NCBI GenBank assembly: GCA_045837725.1
Contig: JBEWZL010000265.1
Coordinates: 1-64,000 of the forward strand
Direction: 5' to 3'
Source: Vermamoeba vermiformis
Lineage: Eukaryota
Length of the DNA: 64,000 bases
Shown: piece after piece, positions 52,601-64,000 of the stretch
Numbering within the stretch: the first letter of the stretch is position 1
How the letters are laid out: each line of letters starts with the position of its first letter
Position numbers and translations under genes: made by a program
The notes under the pieces: model-generated
Databases searched by the model: none
Seen by the model: only the letters and a program-made list of their open reading frames with translations
Told to the model about the DNA's origin: nothing

Positions 52601-53707
52601 TCATCGAAGCCACCCACGTGATCTCTCCAGTTCCTGAGAGCACTGAGCTCGTTACACGGTTCTCCACCTATATGCACACCAACAATCGATTCTACACTGA
52701 CGACAACGGCTTCGAGATGTTGGAGCGTATTTACGATCCGACCATCAAGTTGGCGATCCCTGGCAACTACTACCCGACCATTTACCAATCGTACATCACT
52801 GACGGAAGCAACTCTTTCTCCGTACGTTCTCATGCCTACCTCGTGTATCTTATTAACATCGGTTTAGGTTATATCCGAACGCACTCATGGTGTATCTAGT
52901 CAACAGAACGGTGAAATCGAGGTCATGTTGCAACGCAAGACACCAATGGACGACGGTAGAGGTAAGAACTCGGGCAGTGATGGACCACACGGTGATATTT
53001 CTAATTTTGGATTAAGGTGTTGATGAGCCACTTGACGAAGACGACACAATCATGCCCGTGCTGCGATACATTCTCGACACAGCTAGATGTAAGCAGCATT
53101 CTGTTCTACACGCGACGGGTAGCTAATATCTACAGACTCCGTGATGTTGCGATACAAGAACTCGTACGAGCTCAACTTCCCTCCTAGCATCTTCTACGCC
53201 CCTACTGCCTCGGTGGACTCGTGGAAGAACACGCACCGAGTGAAATACTCTGCCTTGTCAGGTAAGTTTTTTCTCCCGTATAATACGAACCCCATCTGAC
53301 GTGATATTCAGCATCGCTGCCTGCTAATGTTCACTTGTTGTCTTTGAAACTTGTCAACGGCACCAGCAACAATTACATTGTCAGGTAAGCAACGTTAATT
53401 GACGGTGAAGTTAGGGGATATTAATAGTTCAATTAGATTGCACCACTTGGTTGGTGTAGATGAGGATGACAAGTGGTCGCGTCCTGTTCACGTCAATCTC
53501 TCCAATCTGTTCGCAGATTTCACCCTCAATTCAGTCACCGAGACCACTTTGACAGCCAACAAAGGTATTGTTTAAAGTCATAGTAGGTCTGACTAACTAT
53601 AATTATGTATTATAGTCCTCTCTCAACACGATGTGTCCCGTGATGTTCTCGTCACTTTGAACGCCAAAGACATTCGTACTTTTGTAGTGCAATTAGTACC
53701 CAAGTAG
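49660..53707 (+). CDS. Lysosomal-type alpha-mannosidase (GH38)
   Basis: Signal peptide, VPHSHDDVGW, GWQIDPFG, PWGCDF, QHHDGVSGT, SGAYIFRP, FYTDDNG, GNYYP, DDGRGV. Confidence 0.95.
50588..50658 (+). tRNA. tRNA-Pro (anticodon AGG), intronic
   Basis: Cloverleaf with GGCGCTG/CAGCGCC acceptor, CTTGC-TTAGGGT-GCAAG anticodon arm and CCCGG-TTCGATT-CCGGG T arm; T6 run downstream. Confidence 0.95.
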
Positions 53708-53798
53708 CTAGTTAGATTCGTAGTAAAATCGTGAGTGCGATTTGACGATTTTGAATCTTTACGTAAGAGTAAATCTTATCTTGATGACTCACTGCCCT

Positions 53799-54083
53799 TC
53801 AGTATACTATATTTATCATATTACTAACATCGAATACTACTTCGTACAAAAAAGCCACTTGAGCGCTTTGAAATTTCGCTCGTACTTGCTTTGACTTTCT
53901 GTAACGCAATCCATTATACTTCTTCCATCGCTTACAAACACTGATAAGGTGAAATATCCAATATTGAAACCAAAAGTAGCCAAAAATATGATTTTCTATA
54001 ATCTCGTCGGGGACACAATTGAACGAAAATAGCTGAACTTGATCAGATCCGCTATCCTCCGTCAAATCGATGATAGGCTCCAT
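53799..54083 (-). CDS. Short F-box-containing ORF (possibly a fragment)
   Basis: FNCVPDEIIENHIFGYF...LISVCKRWK F-box pattern; acceptor-like AG just before the ATG; little room for downstream domains. Confidence 0.5.
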   Translation of the reverse strand: MEPIIDLTEDSGSDQVQLFSFNCVPDEIIENHIFGYFWFQYWIFHLISVCKRWKKYNGLRYRKSKQVRAKFQSAQVAFLYEVVFDVSNMINIVY

Positions 54084-54604
54084 CTGGTAGATTTAACTTA
54101 TATTAGAATCGGATACTATGCGGGAATACGGTTCATTATTATACCTCGTTAGCGTTTGTATTGAGTTGTGCTGCACTGTGAGTGGCAAGATCTGCAATGA
54201 CTCTTTTGCGTTCGAGCTAGCTTGAAGTTATCGTATCGATAGCAACCACTCAGAGCAGGAAAGTACAACTAATCGTTAATATTTCCTATTGGGCGATGTG
54301 AGTGCACTATAAATAAAAGATCGCTTAATTCGTCAGAAACAAAAGCGAAGTCAGTGGCACGTACTTTAACAGATCGAATAAAAGCATTCTAATATTATTT
54401 AAGGTGTCACCGTGTGTCTGTTTGTGAGGTTGAACTAGAGTGGCAGTGCGAGCACAATTCTACGTCAAAAACGGGGTTTCCGTTTGTGCACACTAAAAAA
54501 TGAAAATAATATATTGAAGTGCTGCACGAGAATATTGATCAGGCTGCCTGCGTCGAGTGGTTGTTACGATGAACTGAATGGATTGCAGTCAAGCAAATTG
54601 TTTA

Positions 54605-56759
54605 TTATGGAGCGTAGTTTGTCGCATCAAGAGGTGTACCTGCAGCCACCGAAGTAGAAGCAGTTTGATTCTGCTCGGCCACGTTCACGCTTCTAATATT
54701 CTCTTCAAGCATCTTTTCACTCGTGTTTTCAATGACCATTTGACTTGGGTTCGCTGCGTTCTCTAAAGCACGCAATCCACTCGTGTCCATCCGGTCACTA
54801 TCAGCCTCAGACAAAGGTATTTTGACCGCTTGAACGTACTGCAATCGAACAGCCTTTTCTTTCAGTACGAGCGAAGCATACGCTGATAAGAATTATTAGC
54901 AGGGTTGTACTAATAAGAGAGTGGTTTCGTACCTGAAAAGTGGATCGGACAATAGTAGCCGAAACAAACTGGGTCAAAGTATCGAAGCAAATTCAAAGAG
55001 GCAAGTTTCTTGGCCACATTTGCAACTATAGTCAGAGGCACGCCGAGTTGTTCACTAATGTCCGCAATATTGATTTTTTGTTCGTGATTGGAAATTGTAT
55101 CGTGGCCCTTTTTGACTTCAGCACGAGACAAAGCGATGAAAATGCCATGCACAGTCTGAATGAGGTGTTAGTGCCTCTTATCCAATAGAACGATGTCCTT
55201 ACCTTAAGCCACGTAGAGAGCTCGACTTCGCCACGGTAGTCGCCCAACAGTACTTGCAACAGTTTGTCATCTGATTTGGCAACGACTTGTTCAACACCCT
55301 CTGTTGCAACAGTTACGCATTAGCAACGCAAAAGTATCGCGGTATGGATATCAGTGACTAACCTCGCACGAGAAGTTTTCCGTTAGCGATCTTCATTGTC
55401 TGCAAGAAATCTTGCACGTGACCCAAGTGACCTCCGATGAACTTGACAATGTGTGCTGCTTCACGCTCCGAGAAGTTCAGGTGGACAAGTTGTTTTTGCA
55501 TGTCTTTAGTGTACACGTATGAGAATGGAACTATATCGCATCGTTGAGAGAAACCAGACACTGATACAAGCGTTAGAAATTAGGAAACAATAGTTGGTTG
55601 AGCTTACTGTTCTCGAGCACTGAAACGATGCGTCGATCACTCGTCAATAGCATGAGTTTAATCAAGCTGTGATTGGCCATTTCGAGGAACCAGAACAGCA
55701 GTGCTTTGATTCGTGCGTTGAAATCATCGCCTTGAATTTGTGATTGAATGTCGTCGATAACGCACAATGGAACTAATGAATGCATTAGAATGGCTGAGAT
55801 CTAAATGCTAGGTAATTACCTGGGATTTCGTGCTTTCGTTCAGGTTCAAGATATTCGCGCTTTTCGTAGATGTTCATGAGGGCTGCTTTGACGAGACCAG
55901 TGACGGTTCCCAAAGCCAAGTCTTTAAGATTTTCTTTCTTCTCGCCTATGGCTCCAAAGGCCTCGGCAACTAATATAGGAATTTCTTCTGTTTTCTCTCT
56001 GATATTAATATACACGGTGTTGGTACGGCCATTGATCAGCTGTTGAACAGTGGTCGATTTTCCTGATTTGGAAGGACCTTCAATGACTGTAATACTGTAC
56101 ACTTCGTCCATCTTCAGACGTGCTCGAAGTTCGTCCACTATATTCGGTTAGTAAGCACTGAGAAAACGACAGATCCCGCTCGAGACTTACATCCAGGACG
56201 AGGCAAAAATGGCATGTTTAAACCCATCGGAGGAGCTTTATAAGGTTGCTCTAAGTGTTTAATTATAGTTGCTATCGCAGTCGCACGGGATTGTTGCCGT
56301 TCTATCCGCCTGTCTTTATACTATCGGAGGTGACAAGTAAGATCGAGATTTTGGCAGATCTTGGAGTACCTACCCATCCATATGCAAAATTTATAACACC
56401 AACAAGACCGGCACCACCAATAGCGGCTCTGATAGACGCTTCATCGAGTTTTGTGCGCACTGATAATCGCTAATAAAAGCAAATTAATTTTCCATCAAAA
56501 AATTCATGTTTGCGCTATTAATGCCATCAATATGTTATTAAAATATAGGAGATATTTTAGGCGTAATTAATTATAATTTCCGAATTTTCTAAGACCGAAA
56601 TAAAGATATTACCACTAGCGGCTCTTTAGGCACAACAACGGATTTTCTTAATATTTTTCCTTGGTTGAATAAATGAGCGGTCACTATTGGTTGCTTCATA
56701 AGGGCAGATGCCGTCCTTCTGGCAGATACGCCAACAACGTGCTTTGTTGTTGCCCACAT
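54605..56759 (-). CDS. P-loop ATPase with putative mitochondrial presequence, one TM segment and a C-terminal HTH-like region
   Basis: MWATTKHVVGVSARRTASAL, IGGAGLVGVINFAYGW, IEGPSKSGKS (Walker A), CVIDD (Walker B), IGGHLGH. Confidence 0.75.
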
Positions 56760-57038
56760 TTAGCGACTGGTCGAATACACGCTCGTACAAGGGCAGTATT
56801 GTGGTTGTGGTAAATAAATAGATAAATAAATAAATGCACACTGAATTCAGGTGTTGAAAATTCAACTTCGCTCGTATTAAACGTAGATCGCCGTAGCTGT
56901 TGATCTATCTCACAATAAACTACGGCAATTTTAATTGGGGTAATCCTTGTGATATCTCGTCTGATTTGATTCTCTGATTTTGCTTTCGACCGATCGCAAA
57001 AAATCAAATAGTGTATTCGTTCGTCAGATTAACAACAA

Positions 57039-59740
57039 ATGGAGCATCTTAATAGTCAGCCTAGTCAAGATCCATTTAACGAGTTTGGTGCAAATGGAGA
57101 GTTGTGGCGCGACATCCCCGATGAGGTTTTGAACGATATGTATAATCAGCTAGAGTATGTTAAATCGATAATTTTATTGCACGTTATCAGCTTATTTTCT
57201 TAATTTCATTAATCGGTCAAAACTTTTCGATCATCCTTACAAAAATACTTTTTAGAATCAAATCTCGTATTAAATAATTAAAATAATTATTTCTCGGACC
57301 TACTATTCAAATGAATAATCTATAAACACATTTGCGAATATTATTTATTGTATTTAAAGCTATTGACATAATATTGAATTATATTATTTAAAAAATACTT
57401 CTGTTGGTCCGTTATTCTTGTAAATCATCAGCTGTATTTTTCCAGTAATATTTTTCGATTATAATTCCAATAAATTAATTTGTGCACGTTTTTTCAGGAA
57501 TAGCAATAAGCGGATGGGCGGTGGCGTTTTCGACCTCAATACATCACAAGGCGTAGCTGTGCCTTCATTATCTCAATCTGGCTTGCACGGAACGCCATTC
57601 GGTGGCCCTCCTCCCCAACCTACTTCCAATTCGCAGAATTTTTTGGGCTCGAGCACTGTGCTTACTTTCAGCTACGGTGGAATTAACAACGCGAACCTTC
57701 GTCGTGGCGACAGTCTACTAGACGGCCTTGGCGGTGCGGTGCAGCCTGTATCGACCCCAAGCGAGGCGATGGACAGCGACGCGACCGGCCAATACTCGGA
57801 TGAAATGGACGCTGACGAAGAAGCACCTGGTACGTTACATGATAAGATGTGGCGTGAGAGTGTGATTTAATCGAGTGTTGCAGAGGAAATTCACCAAGAA
57901 ATCGAACAGTTGAGTCCTCAAGAACGCGAACAAGTCGACAAAGCTAAACACGTAAGACTCTTACTTTGTGATTTAAAATTCAAGCGCGCTAACACGGCAC
58001 AGGGCATGAACCAACTCGGTGATATGTTGGAAAAGCTTAAAATACAAATCGAGGAATACAAAGTAATTCAATCGAAGATGTTGCAGTCGCGAGATTTGAA
58101 CGTGATCAAGACACTCGTCGAACAACAACAGAAGCTCATGACAACGATTCAAATCGCATTGCAACACTTATTTGCGATCGTTATGAATATCGTATTGGAC
58201 GCAGAGAGCTTGCATAAAGTGAGTCAATCAATCGTTACCCTACTACATCCTTTGCTCACCTTAGTCTATTTTAGCTACGCATGCTTGTGTCGAATTACCA
58301 GCTTCAAATGCAACGATTGGATTTGTTCCGTCAAGAGTGCAAGCACTACGCAGAGAACCAACAAACGACAGGCGTGTGTGCCTTGCGTATAATGGAGCAG
58401 CCGCTGCCGCAAATCTTGTTCAAGGGCAAACAAATCGAAGAACAGTACACGCTCTGCTTGCTGACGGGCACTACACAGAATTTTGATGGCGTAAGTAATG
58501 ATGTAAGCTTCGTACGTGCTCAGGCATTAAGTGCTTCAATGTACAGTTCTCTGAAGTACGTGCCGTGTTGGTTGGTCCCGAGCAGAAGGAAGGCAAAGAA
58601 TCCAAGAAGAAGAAAGAAGTCGCTACTCTCGAAGTAAGTGCACTAAAAATTCGGTCCTTGTTTATTACCGTGCTCACAATATGCAGAATGCCAGCGCAGC
58701 TTTTGATTCTTACGAGCACCAAGCACTGTTTGCCTCCATCAAAGTTAATATCTCTACACGTATGACTCCCGTGCACTTCAAGTTTGGTCTTCAAGTGCGC
58801 AATGGCGAATTTAGCATGCAAGTGGAGAGTGGTCCGAGCTACCCATTCATTGTAATCACCAACGAGAGTCAGTGGTGCGAGGCTGCTGGTAAATTGTTGC
58901 ACGCCGACGCATTTGCCGACAATGCCGTAAGTGTTGTCAAATACTCATTATCAGCATTTTTCAATTCTAAACTTCATCCCGCGACAGCACGAGATTACAT
59001 GGGCTCAATACGCCAATACCCTGCAGAGTCACTTCTTGCGATCAACGTGGCAGAACTCCGCAGCACCTGTTCGACCAATTCAATTCTACGAGTTCCGTTA
59101 TTTCCACCAGAAGTTCTTTAGTAAGTAGCGTCTAATGCACGATGAATTCAGTTCCTAACGGTTCACGAATAGACGGTCAAGCGCGTGTCACACAGACCCA
59201 AGCCAATAAGTTCTGGGAGTGGTTCGGACAGATTTTACAAACTATCAGATTCAAGCGCCACATTGCTCAGTTGTGGGAGAACGGGTACGTGCCATGGAAT
59301 ACAAGTTGATGGCTACTAATATTAAACAGCATTATCTACGGGTTTATGACGAAGGAGGAATGCAACAAGGCTTTGGCCACTCAAAGTTTGGGCACGTTCT
59401 TGATTCGATTCAGCGAAAGCAACCCGGGCATGTTCGCCATTGCCTACGTGTACGAGAAACAAACTGACGGCGTGGAGAAGATAAAGCACTTCTTGGTCAA
59501 GTCGGAGGACATTGGTTCAAACAAATCACTGCCAGACTTTTTGCGCGAGAAAGAATTGTTCCAGTATTTACTTAAGTAAGTCCTTGCAAGCTAACATTTG
59601 AGTCGGAGATTAATATGGTATTTTATAGAATCGAACCCGAGACTGGTAAATTGACGAGAATGAGCAAAGAAACGGGCTTCAAGGAGTTCTATTCAAAGAG
59701 AAAGATGACACAACCACCGAAAGGTTACTACATTTTGTAA
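57039..59740 (+). CDS. STAT: Dictyostelium-type STAT transcription factor
   Basis: Coiled coil, EQPLPQILFKGK, SYPFIVITNESQW, FWEWFG...IRFKRHI..LWENG.IYGF, GTFLIRFSES (SH2), C-terminal PKGYYIL. Confidence 0.92.
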
Positions 59741-59835
59741 AAATATTGCATTGTTTGTTTATTAAATATAAGATATTGTTCGATTTGGGGTGCAAAGTAA
59801 GTTGGAAAAATTCTGGATTGTAATTAATTTACGCC

Positions 59836-62324
59836 ATGCAAGAACATCACGACGTATATAACGCCGCTAGTCGTAGCGTTAAGCTTCCCGAGCTTCCATA
59901 TTCGCTACATGAGCTAGAAGCAACGAGGATCGTGCGAGAGGATCTGCCTGTTGAAGGAGCGCGAGTCTTTGTTTTGCACAATTTTTTTACTGACGAGGAA
60001 TGCAGTTTCTTCATCAACTCTACCGAAGGTATCAAAAGGACTTAAAATAGAATTCCAACATCCGATCAATTTTTTAATTTCCATGGCGGTCTTTATATTT
60101 ACATTCCTATTAGCGCCCATAATATAGTACCAATTATTCTTTCTTTAAATTTACCATTTAACAAATTAAATCAGAAATTGGCTTTGATAACCATTCGGAT
60201 TTGGCGAGTGAATACCCACCCGAATACAGAAACAACCAGCGCTTGATCGTGATATCCAAAGAACTGGGAGAGAGTGTTTGGACCAGATTACAACCGCAGC
60301 TGCATTTTAAAGACGTTAACAATATCACTCCGATCGGTTACGCTACTGAAGGACTTTGGTTGCCTTCAAGCGTTAACCCAGGCTTTTTATTTGGTCGTTA
60401 CAAACCTGGCCAATATTTTAAGCCTCATTATGATGGAATGTACAAGAATTTCAAGCAAGAAGTTTCGATCTACACGATCACCGTCTACTTGAATGACGAT
60501 TATAATGGAGGAGCCGTGAATTTTATGCGCAGCAGAGAAGACCCGACTTTGCTATATACTTATGTGCCGAAACGAGGAGACGCATTAATTTTCAATCACG
60601 ACGTTTACCACGAAGGCGCAACTTTGTTGTCAAGCACCAAGTATTTGGCGAGAACTTGCTTGATGTTTCAGTAAGTTATTTTATGAATAGGACGATGCGC
60701 GGTGTAGAAAAGTTGCTTACTCTTCTCAGGCGGATGTCAGATTTGTCAGATCCAAATAAGCCGTGGGAAAAAGACCCCGTGTGGCTTCAAATGCGCGAAG
60801 AATTTGCCAAGTTTGACGATATTCTGGACGAAAAAGATCCCAAGAAATTTGCCGAGACCTACATGCGCCTTCAGTCTGTGCAGTTGAAACACGCTCGATC
60901 CATCAAACCGGAATTGCATTCAGTTCTTCCACTTGAAATAATGGTGGACAGTAAGTACAACTTTATTATATGGAGCATCGACTAACGATCATTCGAAGTA
61001 TTTATGCTCCTGGACTTGCAAACGTTGGGCAGATCCATTCGTGTTTGCAAGGCGTGGCACTCGCTTAGCATTCACGGTGGAATTTGGCGCGAATTATACG
61101 CCCGAAAGTGGGGACGCACCACCGTCAATATGCTCGAGGGAATTAACGCTATTGCCGATCCTGCTGTCATTAATTGGTACGCGTAATAGTTTGCACGCAC
61201 GATTGTTGACCTCCTGATTTAGGCAAGAGAAGTACAGGCTCGAAGAGTCGATCACAAATATGCATGCAGAGAAACTTATTTGCTTCGCTGGCGAATATTT
61301 TTACGCGAAGAAAGGTGCTAAAACGACCCAGTTTCTGGCCGCCGTAGTGCCAGATGCTCATCCGTGGGACAATTCCTTTTCACACTACAATTTGAGCAGC
61401 GACGGGGGAATACGCTATTTTGTTAGGCGCGGCATCGTAGGAACCTATCACTGCCCATTTTCAATAATGGTTTATGAAGCACGCGAATTGACACACGAGG
61501 GCGTTGATTTCAGCGCCGAAAAAGCTATTATAGTGACAAATAGGTTAGCTTGGGGACCTCTCCGAGACCCTGATTTCGTTATTGGCACCGGAATAGTATG
61601 TCACTTCGTTAAAATTCACCTCTGACCTCGTTCATAGGCTGCACCCAAAAGGTTGTTCTCACTGGAAGCATTCGGCTTGTCTGATGAATCACGCGAGCTA
61701 AATTTAAAACCCCTCCACAGGCCAGTTGATCCGTCAATTACGTGTGTTACCGATTTCAATGCGAGTGCTGTGGCTGATGCTGTACAAGTAAGATCATTGA
61801 CCATTTGTCCACTTTTGTAATTATACTAATGTATACAGTGGCAGGGAGCATCGCACATTAGCTACGTTGACCGATCGTTGTGCCTTGCGTACAGCCAGGG
61901 CTGCAAAAGTGCACTCATCATTTGCGAGGAGCATGAATTCAATTGCATGCCTGCGCAGTTGACAATCACACCTGTGATCAATTGTAAAGTAGCGCGAGAG
62001 TACGAGAGGCTTGTTGAGATTTACTATGGTGATCGTGATGAAGACAACTTAAATCAGCTCGTGGCGATCATTAGAGATATCGTGAAAGAGATCGGTGGAG
62101 ACGAAGTGATAGACTCAAGGATTTTATTTAATCGAGAAGACGAGGTTGCACAAGAGAGTTTCTTATTCATGAAGGGTGAAAAGTTGGAATCAAAATTGAA
62201 AGCGTGTGGATTCGGCATCACTTCAACTTCGAGTAAGGATGTGTTAGAAGGGGCTGATATTTTTGGTCACTCTGCTCTTTATCTTGATAGCGTAGTGTAT
62301 GAAAAAACAAAAAAGTACTTTTAA
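59836..62324 (+). CDS. 2OG-Fe(II) oxygenase (P4H-like) + F-box + degenerate actin-like domain fusion
   Basis: FKPHYD, VYLNDDYNGG, NHDVYHEG, KYLAR; LPLEIMVDIFMLL..VCKAW; YFVRRGIV and SLCLAYSQGCKSALII..ITPV. Confidence 0.8.
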
Positions 62325-62633
62325 ACCGAAACTTGTTGGATCTTGCTTGACGATCTCAAATGACGAGACTGTTTCGGCAATCAGCTAAATAGATAAACAA
62401 TTGTTACACTTTTATAACAGTCTATGTTTCGATACATCTAGATTTCGGTCACCGCATCCAAAATTTAAAATCAATTGGCAGAAGTTGATCGTGCAGTATT
62501 TACATTAACATATCGGGCAACGTTTACGAGATCATTTTAGGTATATAAGAAATTTTTAGGAACGAAACGGTGGCGGCGTTTTTGAAACTTGAAATTAATT
62601 TTCTTGTCAACCGCTAAAATACCACAGCTCGTA

Positions 62634-64000
62634 ATGGAGGCAACAAAGCGTATCACTTTATTAATCGTGGATTTCGCTGTTAATTGGTACGGTAGGTAAT
62701 AATGACATTTTTTTTCGGCTCATCCAGTCGTTTTTAGAAATATTCAAGGGAGCGACACTATCAGACGGCACGAAAATTGTGGTAGAACAGACTCGATGGA
62801 AGAACATGAATTTAGAAAGCTGGTAATAAAATACGATAATTATTCAATTAAATGGTTAATTAAATGAAAATAATTAGTACCGAGGAAGGAGTTTCAGTAT
62901 TTTGCAAAGCTGAGTCCGAGCCATTTCCTTTCACCAGTCAAAAGCACGACAGAATCGTCAAGCCCGATTTTATTCTCATTCGCAATTTTCCAACTAACTT
63001 GCACGCTCCTGACTACGGCAAATTAGTAATGGGTAATTTTTGTTTCACGATTGCGCACCGTTGTTACTAAATACTTTGTAGGGTTAATGTTTGCTTCGGT
63101 TCCTAGCATAAACTCATTGCACAGCGTGTTCATGTGTTTGCATCGACCTCTTGTTCACGGTGAAATGGTGCGCGTACGAAACGAACAGATTCGTGACAAG
63201 TTAAAGCAGTGCAATATAACTCACAGTGGTCTCGTCAATGCGAGTACTGTTAATCTCTTGCCCGAACGTAAGCGGTCTATCTGTATTTTAATTAACCCTA
63301 AAACGAGCTAGTAATTAATGGTGTATAGACGAGAGGAAGTTTATTCTGCCACCAATTAAAATGCGCTACCATCCAAACCAAACTGACGAAAAAACCCCTC
63401 CCGGCATGTTCAAGCAGGCGAGTAATCTTCCGAAAAAAAGAAGAAGGGACTAACGAACTTGTCTTCAATCAGGATGTTGAGTATCCTCTGGTTATTAAAG
63501 TTGGCACAGCGCATGTGGGTTACGGGAAAACATTTGTTAAGTCCAAACAAGAGATGGATGATCTCGCCTCAATCCTTGTCATGAATCATGACTTTTATAC
63601 GTACGCAACATTCAATTAAGATTGTAATTAATTATTATGCAGCACCGAGCCAATGATTGAATTTGACTACGAATTCCGAGTTCAAAAGATTGGTCCACAT
63701 TATCGTGCATTCAAACGTGAATCTCACACAAGTTGGAAGCAGAATTGGGGTAATGTGGTGCAGACTGATTATCCCTTGGAGGATCATCATATTGCATGGG
63801 TTGAGGCTTGCTCCAAGGTAACAGTTACATTTGATGTAAACAATTGGTTGTAACTCCATCAACTATAATAGATTTTTGGTGGGCTGGACATGCTAGCAAT
63901 TGATGTTTTGCATACAAAAGATGGTCAGGACTACATCATTGAAATTAATGATACTGCTTTTGGATTAATGTATGAGCATGAGAAAGAAGATGCAAATTAC
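62634..64000 (+). CDS. Second synapsin-like ATP-grasp protein (runs off the right edge)
   Basis: KPDFILIRN, VPSINSL, YPLVIKVGTAHVGYGK, RVQKIGPHYRAFKR, WKQNWG, FGGLDMLAID, IIEIND. Confidence 0.87.

Noticed and set aside
54250-54490. RNase MRP/P-like fragments (GGAAAGT, GGCAGTGCG, ACGGGGTTT)
   Set aside because: No complementary partner for the P4 helix on either strand; only a short local hairpin.
1-64000. Transposase, reverse transcriptase, prophage or CRISPR features
   Set aside because: None recognisable, and no terminal repeats or target-site duplications found by eye around the CRN-like loci.

Overview
Gene-dense, intron-rich eukaryotic nuclear DNA with short GT-AG introns and frequent CTAAY/CTGAY branch sites. 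It is most likely amoebozoan, judging by a Dictyostelium-type STAT. About 27 protein genes are recognisable: OTU1, acyl-CoA oxidase, BOP1, a CYP, an SDR, PCID2, a DCAF8-like WD40 protein, kinesin-8, a GH38 mannosidase, STAT, two synapsin-like ATP-grasp genes, two Crinkler-like NTPase loci and others. Highlights: (1) a full-length SMCHD1/GMI1-like GHKL-ATPase/SMC-hinge gene with an inserted PHD finger; (2) sharply bounded CpG-free domains over both Crinkler-like loci, the SMCHD1-like gene body and the window end, suggesting mosaic CpG methylation; (3) a 2OG-Fe(II) oxygenase + F-box + degenerate actin-fold fusion; (4) three ncRNA genes inside introns (5S rRNA, tRNA-Pro, a dual-guide C/D snoRNA) plus a candidate two-hairpin RNA; (5) an EF-hand-SH2 protein with a STAT-like C-terminal GYY. 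Gene models were stitched by eye, so outer coordinates are approximate where noted, and family calls rest on recalled motifs, not database searches.
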